Assembly (NCBI GenBank): GCA_963840455.1
Contig: CAWIYV010000014.1
Span: 288,001-352,000 of the forward strand
Length of the DNA: 64,000 nt
Source of the DNA: Nitrospirota bacterium
Lineage (GTDB): Bacteria > Nitrospirota > UBA9217
Direction: 5' to 3'
Under the pieces are notes generated by a model. That model did not search any database. It was not told the origin of the DNA and saw only the letters and a list, made by a program, of their open reading frames with translations. This document shows positions 57,071-64,000 of this stretch, one piece after another. How positions within the stretch are numbered: position 1 is the first letter of the stretch; the number at the start of each line of letters is the position of its first letter. Made by a program: the position numbers and the translations under genes.

Positions 57071-57175
57071 CACGGAAAGCATGCAAGCGCAGGGTCTGAA
57101 CGCCGTTCAACTATTCAACAGAGCGATGGATGAATAAAGGTTTCCGATCAAGATAAGATCGTAATAGGTCATTCT

Positions 57176-57257
57176 CACGCAGAGATCACGAAGGACACAA
57201 AGAAAATAAGGAATGATCCTAAAATGAACTTCTCCGAGCCTTCGCGGCTTTGTGTGA
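57176..57257. repeat. 9-mer-period inverted repeat
   Basis: CACGCAGAGATCACGAAGGACACAAAG ... CCTTCGCGGCTTTGTGTGA. Confidence 0.55.
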
Positions 57258-57296
57258 AAAAAGATCATCAATCAACGCAGAAAAGGAGATCTCGTC

Positions 57297-57695
57297 ATGA
57301 CGATACAAGAATATTTTAATGGCAAATCGGGGACCGGCGTATTGTCCACCGCAGATTCGACGGGCAAGGTGGACGCGGCGATCTACTCGACGCCGCACGT
57401 GATGGACGATGGGACTGTGGCGTTCATCATGCGGGAGCGCCTGACGCACGAGAACCTTCGGTCGAATCCGTATGCCGTTTATCTCTTTATGGAGGACGCG
57501 CCCGGCCACAAGGGGATCCGGATCTTCCTGAAGAAGACCAGGGAGGACGACAACGCCGGGCTGATCGCGAGCATGACCCGGCGGCACTTGAGTCCCGAGC
57601 TCGACGCGCAGAAGGGCCCAAAGCACCTCGTTTACTTTACCGTCGAAAAAGTACTCCCGCTCATCGGTAGCGGCGCGGCGCCGGTGACCCTGTGA
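57297..57695 (+). CDS. Pyridoxamine 5'-phosphate oxidase-like FMN-binding protein
   Basis: GVLSTAD..G.VD.A.Y..PH, R.TH.NL..NP.A.YLF.E, G.R. Confidence 0.8.
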   Translation: MTIQEYFNGKSGTGVLSTADSTGKVDAAIYSTPHVMDDGTVAFIMRERLTHENLRSNPYAVYLFMEDAPGHKGIRIFLKKTREDDNAGLIASMTRRHLSPELDAQKGPKHLVYFTVEKVLPLIGSGAAPVTL

Positions 57696-57771
57696 TGTCG
57701 CGGGGCAGGGGCCGCGGGCATGCGGGCAGGCAGAGGACCCGCCGAACTGAGAACACCTGTGGGAGAAATCC

Positions 57772-58344
57772 ATGAAGGCTTGGTATATGAACAGCGCGGG
57801 AGCGACGGCAGCACTGAGTTCCGTTATGGTCCTCGCGTCCGTACTGGTGTATGGCTGCGGCGCCAAGCTGCCGCCGCTCAAGACGGTCGACCGTGTCGAC
57901 ATCCCGCGCTTCATGGGGGACTGGTACGTGATCGCCAGCATCCCGACGTTCATCGAGAAGGGGGCGCATAACGCCGTCGAGTCCTACCGGCTCGATAAGG
58001 ACGGGACGATCGCCACGACCTTCACCTTCCACAAGGATGCTTTTGATGGTCCGCTCAAGACGTATACGCCCCGGGGATTCATCCAGGACAAGGCAAGCAA
58101 CGCGGTCTGGGGGATGCGCTTTGTTTGGCCCATCAAGGCGGAGTACCTCATCACGCACCTGAACGACAGCTACACGCAGACCGTCATCGGCCGGAATAAG
58201 CGGGACTATGTCTGGATCATGGCGCGCACTCCCGCCATTCCCGAGGAAGACTACGCCAGACTGGTCGCTGAGCTTGCCGTGCAGGGATACGATACCGCGC
58301 GGCTTCAGAAGGTGCCCCAGCGGTGGCCGGAGAAGCGGGAGTGA
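57772..58344 (+). CDS. blc: Lipocalin lipoprotein (Blc-like)
   Basis: Lipobox VYGC; VD..RFMG.WY.IA, WP.KA.Y, RDYVWIMARTP. Confidence 0.88.
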   Translation: MKAWYMNSAGATAALSSVMVLASVLVYGCGAKLPPLKTVDRVDIPRFMGDWYVIASIPTFIEKGAHNAVESYRLDKDGTIATTFTFHKDAFDGPLKTYTPRGFIQDKASNAVWGMRFVWPIKAEYLITHLNDSYTQTVIGRNKRDYVWIMARTPAIPEEDYARLVAELAVQGYDTARLQKVPQRWPEKRE

Positions 58345-58372
58345 ACAATGGAGAACGTTAAGCGATAGCCCT

Positions 58373-58510
58373 CTATCAGGATGCTGAAAAACTAATTTCG
58401 CAGGCTAAAGCCTGCGGCTACCAAATCGAAGCGTATTGATTTCTCTCAAGGTAGCCGCACCCTTTAGGGTGCGTTTTCAGCATTTTAAGCCTTTTTCAAC
58501 AGCCTGTTAG
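58373..58510. mobile_element. TIR-bounded MITE containing a GTAG-REP pair
   Basis: 19-bp TIR CTATCAGGATGCTGAAAAA / TTTTTCAACAGCCTGTTAG (3 mismatches); inner REPs at 58399-58421 and 58451-58473. Confidence 0.7.
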
Positions 58511-58573
58511 GCGATTGCTATTATTTCAGGACTTCCCTGAGGAGTGCTGGTGTTGTTCCCCGAAAGGACAGGC

Positions 58574-59224
58574 ATGAAAAGCCGGAACGTTCTATTCAAT
58601 CTCTATCTAATTTTCTGTGCGTTGTTCTTCGTAACTACGGGAGAGGTCATGGCACTTGAAGAGGCGAAATACACCGTGATCATGAGAGAGGGGAGCTTTG
58701 AACTGAGGCAGTACGAGCCGCATATCGTTGCCGAGACCATGGTTGAAGGGGACTATGACAAAGCGGGGAACGAAGGCTTTCGCCGGCTGTTCAAGTATAT
58801 TTCCGGGGAGAATCAGAAAAAGCAGTCCATTGCCATGACGACGCCGGTATCACAAGAGGGGGGGCCGGAGAAGATAGCCATGACGGCACCGGTCAGTCAG
58901 GAACAAACAGGCGGCCAATGGCGGATCGCATTTGTGATGCCGTCGGAATATACGCTGGACACGCTGCCGCAGCCTGTGGACCCGAAGGTCCTTCTCAAAC
59001 AGGTCCCCGCCCGCCGCATGGCGGCCATAACATACTCCGGGACATGGAGCAAGGAGAGGTATGAGGAGCATAAGGCGTTGCTGGAAGCATTCATACAAAG
59101 GAAGAAATTGCGACCCCTTGGCGATCCCGTCCTCGCGCGCTATAATTCGCCCTTTACGCTTTGGTTCCTCAGGCGTAATGAAGTGTTGATCCCGGTACAA
59201 GGGACTGATGAGGATCGCAAATAA
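58574..59224 (+). CDS. SOUL family heme-binding protein
   Basis: FELRQY, GFRRLF.YI.G.N, IAMTAPV, FVMPS, LP.P.D, ARYN.P.....RRNEV. Confidence 0.9.
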   Translation: MKSRNVLFNLYLIFCALFFVTTGEVMALEEAKYTVIMREGSFELRQYEPHIVAETMVEGDYDKAGNEGFRRLFKYISGENQKKQSIAMTTPVSQEGGPEKIAMTAPVSQEQTGGQWRIAFVMPSEYTLDTLPQPVDPKVLLKQVPARRMAAITYSGTWSKERYEEHKALLEAFIQRKKLRPLGDPVLARYNSPFTLWFLRRNEVLIPVQGTDEDRK

Positions 59225-59290
59225 GTTGCTGCTGCGGGCGATAGGTGAAGCAGGTCACGATGGTAATTTTTCAACAGCGGGGGTGGGGAA

Positions 59291-59618
59291 ATGGTCGAGC
59301 CAGTAAGAGTATCTCCGGAAGAGACGAGGAAGAGAGTTCTCTCCGGCGCGGTGCTCCTTAGTCTGCGCGTATGACGATGACGAAAAGTTCAAACGAAATC
59401 AGCTGGAAGGCGCGATCTCATTCAAGGAATTCAAAATGAGATCCGGTTCGTTAGCAAAGGACCAGGAGATCATCTTCTATTGCGCCTGACAACAGGAGGC
59501 CAGTGCCGCCCGTCGGGCGGCAGAATATTTGGAACAAGGATTTACGAACGTCACGGTCCTCGGCGGAGGCGTCGAGGGTTGGATGCAAGCGGGGTATCCT
59601 CTTGCGCAAGGTCATTAA
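59291..59618 (+). CDS. Rhodanese-related selenoprotein (CxU; Sec codon 59487-59489) with a +1 frameshift near 59360
   Basis: MVEPVRVSPEE...AVLL, then +1 frame VCAYDDDEKF...LEGAIS...EIIFYCA-TGA-QQEASAARRA..GF.NV.VLGGGVEGW..AGYP. Hairpin follows the TGA. Confidence 0.75.
59504..59522 (+). promoter_or_regulatory. SECIS-like hairpin
   Basis: TGCCGCC-CGTCG-GGCGGCA; loop about 21 nt after the TGA. Confidence 0.65.
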
Positions 59619-60123
59619 TTTCATCGTTTTCCAGGCGGCCTGGTTCGCCGCGGTGCTCGGCGCGGCGAACGGCATGCCGTGGCTCGGCGTCATCGCGGTC
59701 CCGCTCGCCCTTGCCCTGCACCTCGCCCTGTCGCCGGACTGGCGGCCGGAGCTGCTGCTTGCGTTGGTTGCCGCGGGCACGGGATTTGTGTTCGACTCGG
59801 TCCTCGTCGCCGCCGGCTCATTCTCGCCGATCCCCTACGTATTTCCCGCGCCCTTCAGCTCCTTGTGGATGGTCATGCTCTGGGTCAATCTCGCCACGAC
59901 GATGAATGTTTCTATGGGCTGGCTCCGCGGCCGGTACGTGCTCGGTCTTGTCTTCGGAGCGATCGGCGGTCCCCTGGCCTATTACAGCGGTGCAAAGCTC
60001 GGCGCCATGACCCGGCTGCCTGATCCCCGCGGTCTCCTGGGCATCGGTATCGCCTGGGCCATTGCGTTCCCGCTCTTGCTTGCCGTGAACGAACGTCTGC
60101 AAAAACAGGCGAAAGGAATGTGA
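59602..60123 (+). CDS. DUF2878-family membrane protein
   Basis: NF..FQ..WF..V, W...LW...A, GA.GGPL.Y..G..LGA; TTG start overlaps the rhodanese 3' end. Confidence 0.85.
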   Translation: MRKVINFIVFQAAWFAAVLGAANGMPWLGVIAVPLALALHLALSPDWRPELLLALVAAGTGFVFDSVLVAAGSFSPIPYVFPAPFSSLWMVMLWVNLATTMNVSMGWLRGRYVLGLVFGAIGGPLAYYSGAKLGAMTRLPDPRGLLGIGIAWAIAFPLLLAVNERLQKQAKGM

Positions 60124-60127
60124 AAAG

Positions 60128-60628
60128 GTGAGCAGCAGGAGAACATCCAGTACCACAGGCGCCGTTCCGGCGACGACAACCAGGGGAACGGTTTCCGTTC
60201 TGGCGCGACTCGGGCGTTTCGACCGGACCCAGCGCCACGCCGTGCTGGCCACAGCGTCGAATGATCGGCCCCATGCAAGCCTCGTTGCGTTTGCGCTTAC
60301 ACCCGATCGGCATGGACTGCTGTTCGCAACACCGAAGAGAACAACAAAATTCCGGAACATGATCCAGAACAGCCGCGTATCGCTGGTGATCGATAACCGG
60401 GAAAACAGCCGCGCGGACTACCTTGGGGCAGAAGCGTTCACGATCTTTGGCAGGGCGCGGGAAGTGCGGCGGAAGCAAGCAAGGACGAGGTATTCGTCGC
60501 TTCTGTCGCGCAAACATCCCGATCTTGCGGAATTTGTCAGCGCCCCGACCACGGCCCTGATCCTCGTGAAGATCGATCGCTGCCTCCATATCGGAAGGTT
60601 CCAGACCATAACGGAGTGGAAAGCGTAA
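60128..60628 (+). CDS. Pyridoxamine 5'-phosphate oxidase family protein
   Basis: AVLAT, PHASLVAF, FATP..T.KF.N...N..VSL.IDNR.N. Confidence 0.8.
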   Translation: MSSRRTSSTTGAVPATTTRGTVSVLARLGRFDRTQRHAVLATASNDRPHASLVAFALTPDRHGLLFATPKRTTKFRNMIQNSRVSLVIDNRENSRADYLGAEAFTIFGRAREVRRKQARTRYSSLLSRKHPDLAEFVSAPTTALILVKIDRCLHIGRFQTITEWKA

Positions 60629-60680
60629 CGATAGTACCTATTTTTTTTAGTACGCCAGACCCGTCACTAAGGAGGCTTCT

Positions 60681-61253
60681 ATGAGCAAGATCACGATCGA
60701 GAAGAACGCGTTCTGCCTGCCCTGGACCCAGACGCTGCTGGGAACGCACGTGAACGGAAAGGTCAACTTCATGGCCCTGGACTGGCTCACGCGGGTCAAC
60801 TACCAGCCTGCCATGCTCGGCATCTGCGTGAACAGGGGCCATGCTTCGAACGCCGCCATCCGGCAGACCGGCGAGTTCAGCGTCAACATCCCCACTGTGG
60901 ACATGGTCGCCGTGACGGACTACTGCGGGATCGTCTCGGCTGCCAAGACGGACAAGTCGAAGCTCTTCGAGGTGTTTTACGGCGAGCTCAAGTCCGCACC
61001 GCTCATCACAGCATGTCCCCTGAACATCGAGTGCAGGCTTGCCCAGACCCTGGACCTGCCCACGAACACCCTGTTCATCGGCGAGATCAAGAACATCTAC
61101 AGCGAAGAGAAATATCTCGAGAACGGCAAGCCGGACGTAAAGAAGGTGCGTCCCTTCCTCCTGACCATGCCCGACAACCGGTTCTGGGCCGTTGGAGAGC
61201 AGGTGGGGAATGCATGGAAGGATGGGGTGAGGTACAAGGAGCAGAAAAAATAG
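60681..61253 (+). CDS. Flavin reductase-like protein (flavoredoxin family)
   Basis: GKVNFM, GEFSVNIP, DYCG.VS....DKS, APLI..CP..IEC, FIGEI. Confidence 0.88.
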   Translation: MSKITIEKNAFCLPWTQTLLGTHVNGKVNFMALDWLTRVNYQPAMLGICVNRGHASNAAIRQTGEFSVNIPTVDMVAVTDYCGIVSAAKTDKSKLFEVFYGELKSAPLITACPLNIECRLAQTLDLPTNTLFIGEIKNIYSEEKYLENGKPDVKKVRPFLLTMPDNRFWAVGEQVGNAWKDGVRYKEQKK

Positions 61254-61410
61254 TCAGCAAGGGGTGGCCGACAGGGCTGGGCAAGAGCATCCCGTGCATT
61301 GCCGGATCCGGGTACATGCCGTCCCCTGGACCCGGGGGCGTATGGAGCATCACGTTCGTCATGGCATGCAGACAACATGAGCCTATAGTTCGGCCGGAAG
61401 GAGACCTGGA

Positions 61411-62628
61411 ATGAACACGGCTATCGTGATCGTGGGAGGCGGATTCGGGGGTCTGGAAGCAGCCTTTACCGTCAAGAGCCTCGCAGGCGATGGGGTCACC
61501 ATCACCCTCATCGATCGTGACGGTTTCCACTCCTTCGTCCCTTCAATCCACGAGATCAGCTCCGGCAAGATCACCAGCCGGAGCATCCAGATCCCCCTCG
61601 AGACGATGCTGGCGCCCGCAGGCATCCGTTTTGTCCGCGATTCGGTCATGGCTATCGATCATGAGAACCGACGGGTGAAGGCTGCGTCGGGGGATTTGAA
61701 CTATGACTACCTTGTTCTGGCGGCGGGCGCGGAGAACCATTTTTTCGGAGTGCCCGGCGCGGAGGAGCACTCCTTTCGCTTCCGCACGCCGGAGGACGCG
61801 GAAAGGATCCGCGCACATCTTGTCCGTCTGCTCGCGGAAGAACGGAAGGACGTCCACCTGGTCCTGGCAGGAGGCGGCACTGAAGGGGTCGAGGTCGCGG
61901 GCGAACTCCTGGACCTGATCAAGGACAGCGGGCGCGAGTACGGTCCGGAGGGGGGATCGGTCGCGATAACGCTGGTCGAGGCGCAGCAGCAGCTCCTTCC
62001 CGGGTTCCCGCCCGAGGCGCGCGCCTTCGCGGAGAAGTACCTGCGGGAACAGGGCGTCACGATCATCACCGGCCAGCGCATCACGGCGGTGCGCGAAGGC
62101 TCGCTCGTGCTCGCGGCCGGCACGGAGCTTCCCCAGTCCATGCTGATCTGGACCGGCGGCATCAAGCCCTCGCCAGTCATCGCCGACCTGTCCCTGCCGA
62201 AAGACCCGGCAGGCTGGCTCATCGTGAACGACAGGCTCCATTCGCCGGGAGACGAGCGTCTCTATGCCGTCGGGGACATTGTGGCGATCCAGGGCGCTGA
62301 CGGCACCGTTCCGCTCCAACGGCTCGCGTACCACGCCCAGGACCAGGGAGCGGTGGCGGGCATCAACATTGCCAATCATCTGCGCGGCAAAGGCTTGATG
62401 CGGTATGAGCCGAAGTACAAGCCTCAGCTCATCTCCATCGGGCGGGACACGGGGATCTATGCCGAGGGGGACGTATTCAAGGCGGGGTCGTGGGTGGTTA
62501 CGCTGAAGAAGGCCGTGGAAAGAAAGCATCTGATGTCCTCACTTACCCGGCCCCTGCTCTCAGGCATCTCGCGGCGGGTCCCGGGTCTCGACCTGTTCAA
62601 GCGCCTGGTGCTGAAACTGCCGTTCTGA
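61411..62628 (+). CDS. NAD(P)/FAD-dependent oxidoreductase (NDH-2-like)
   Basis: IVGGGFGGL, YDYLVLAAG...FFGVPGA, GGG.EGVE.AGEL, IWTGG, YAVGD. Confidence 0.85.
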   Translation: MNTAIVIVGGGFGGLEAAFTVKSLAGDGVTITLIDRDGFHSFVPSIHEISSGKITSRSIQIPLETMLAPAGIRFVRDSVMAIDHENRRVKAASGDLNYDYLVLAAGAENHFFGVPGAEEHSFRFRTPEDAERIRAHLVRLLAEERKDVHLVLAGGGTEGVEVAGELLDLIKDSGREYGPEGGSVAITLVEAQQQLLPGFPPEARAFAEKYLREQGVTIITGQRITAVREGSLVLAAGTELPQSMLIWTGGIKPSPVIADLSLPKDPAGWLIVNDRLHSPGDERLYAVGDIVAIQGADGTVPLQRLAYHAQDQGAVAGINIANHLRGKGLMRYEPKYKPQLISIGRDTGIYAEGDVFKAGSWVVTLKKAVERKHLMSSLTRPLLSGISRRVPGLDLFKRLVLKLPF

Positions 62629-62781
62629 AGGCGCGGCGGCCATCCCTGGCAACGGTCATGATCGTTACCTTCGACCTGTTGATTCCGGATGTCCGCCTGA
62701 AGACCATCTGATCGCTGCGGCAGAACGGGCCGCACTGAAGAACGGGCGGGGGAACTTGTCCCGAAGGAAAAGGGGTAATGC

Positions 62782-62955
62782 ATGATGAAGACATGGATTG
62801 CCGGTCTGGTTCTCACGGTGCCGGTCCTGTTCTTCGGGCCGACTTCGGTCTTTGCCGAATATGTGATCAACCTGCAGGGCGCCGCGGTCTTTACGGAAAA
62901 GAACGACATCCGCATCCCCGGGGACAGCGGCACGAAGTTCTCACTTACATCCCTC
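62782..62955 (+). pseudogene. 5' fragment of an exported/outer-membrane protein gene
   Basis: Signal peptide ending VFA, then NDIRIPGDSGTKFSL; sequence loses coding character afterwards. Confidence 0.45.
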
Positions 62956-63046
62956 AGCCGAAGTTCAAAGAGCCAAAACAGAAGACGGAATGATACTGCT
63001 TGCCGGCCGATAAGGCATGTTCCGCTCGTACACCAAGGGAGACGCT

Positions 63047-64000
63047 TTGCCGACAAATACACCTGAACGATTTGACATCCGGGCGTATCAGCAAGACAGC
63101 AGCGATGTGCTACAGACCCTCGCCACGTCGGAGCAGGGGCTGTCATCTTCGGAGGTCCGGAAACGGCTGGCCGAGTACGGCCCGAATCGCCTCGGCGAGG
63201 AGGACCGGATCAGCAAGCTGCGGATCCTGGCCGGCCAGTTCACCAGCCCGTTGATCTACATCCTCCTCATCGCCGCCGTGGTGACCGCCCTGCTCGAGGA
63301 GTACGTGGACTCCGGCGTCATCCTGACGGTCGTGGTCCTGAACGCGGCGATCGGCTTCTTCCAGGAATACCGGGCCGAGGAGAGCGTCCGGGCGCTGAAG
63401 AAGCTGGTGGTGCCGAAAGCGCGGGTGGTCCGGGACGGCAGGGAGCACGAGATCGACAGCGCGGACCTGGTGCCCGGCGACATCGTCCTGCTCGCCTCGG
63501 GCGTCAAGGTGCCGGCGGACATCCGGCTCGTGAAGGCGCTGGAGCTCAAGACCGACGAGTCCATGCTGACCGGCGAGTCTCTGCCCGCGCAGAAGAACGT
63601 GGCGGCCATTGCCGAACCGAATCTGCCTCCCGGCGACCAGCGGAACATGGCCTTCCTGGGGACCGTCGTCGTGAACGGGCGGGGCCGCGGCGTCGTGGTC
63701 GCCACGGGCGCCCGCTCCGTCCTCGGCAGCATCGCCCGCGAGATGCGGGAGGCGGAAACGGCGCCGGCGCCGCTGCAGGAGAAGTTCCACCGCTTCTCGG
63801 CCATGATCGGGTACGTGGTGCTGGCCGCGTCGTGCGTCCTCTTCGGCATAGGGCTGCTGGTCGGCGAGTCAGTAAAGGACATGTTCATGACCGCCGTGGC
63901 CGCGGCCGTCGCCACCATCCCCGAGGGCCTGCCCGCCGTGCTCACCATCGCGCTCGCGCTTGGCGTGCGGAACATGGCGCGCCGGAATGCCATCGTCCGG
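63047..64000 (+). CDS. Cation-transporting P-type ATPase (type II, Ca2+-like); 3'-truncated by the window
   Basis: GLS..EV..RL..YGPN.L, LVPGDIV, VPADIRL, DESMLTGES, RNMAF.GT, IPEGLP; TTG after AAGGGAG (alternative ATG at 63017). Confidence 0.92.
   Translation, partial: MPTNTPERFDIRAYQQDSSDVLQTLATSEQGLSSSEVRKRLAEYGPNRLGEEDRISKLRILAGQFTSPLIYILLIAAVVTALLEEYVDSGVILTVVVLNAAIGFFQEYRAEESVRALKKLVVPKARVVRDGREHEIDSADLVPGDIVLLASGVKVPADIRLVKALELKTDESMLTGESLPAQKNVAAIAEPNLPPGDQRNMAFLGTVVVNGRGRGVVVATGARSVLGSIAREMREAETAPAPLQEKFHRFSAMIGYVVLAASCVLFGIGLLVGESVKDMFMTAVAAAVATIPEGLPAVLTIALALGVRNMARRNAIVR

Noticed and set aside
59503-59601. N-terminal extension of DUF2878
   Set aside because: This sequence is better explained as the 3' half of the rhodanese selenoprotein in another frame.
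1-64000. rRNA, tRNA (including selC), intact transposase or integrase, prophage
   Set aside because: None recognised by eye; a covariance-model scan would be needed to exclude small RNAs.

Overview
GC-rich bacterial chromosome window. Gene content (DUF362/polyferredoxin, AOR, larB/larC, NtrY-like kinase, selenoprotein-type genes) suggests an anaerobic or microaerobic Nitrospirota- or Desulfobacterota-like organism; this is inference only. About 60 CDS. Housekeeping and metabolic genes: accD, ald, pyk, rsmI, nadE, larC, larB, gpsA, glgC, AOR. Also a cAMP cyclase/phosphodiesterase pair, an 8.7-kb cyclic beta-1,2-glucan synthase, and a ~13-kb cfa/DUF1365/FAD-oxidoreductase/lipocalin/SOUL cluster resembling furan-fatty-acid and singlet-oxygen stress loci. 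Features the ORF track misses: (i) two in-frame TGA codons at Cys-equivalent positions, each followed by a SECIS-like hairpin (a C-GCAxxG-C-C protein and a CxU rhodanese that also has a +1 frameshift); (ii) a ~115-bp double-hairpin IS200/IS605-like MITE family, with six dispersed full or partial copies and one 4-copy head-to-tail array; (iii) a four-helix-bundle gene enclosed by inverted heptamer arrays, with gene-less versions of such arrays elsewhere; (iv) several further intergenic palindrome families, some nested; (v) attC-like sites around DUF3788 and rsgA, and a possible decayed intI 5' end; (vi) a DUF362-ferredoxin gene in the larB-larC-nadE run carrying a LarA-like H-x9-K motif, a candidate new nickel-pincer enzyme. 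No rRNA, tRNA or CRISPR array was seen. All family assignments come from motif recognition by eye; no database searches were run.
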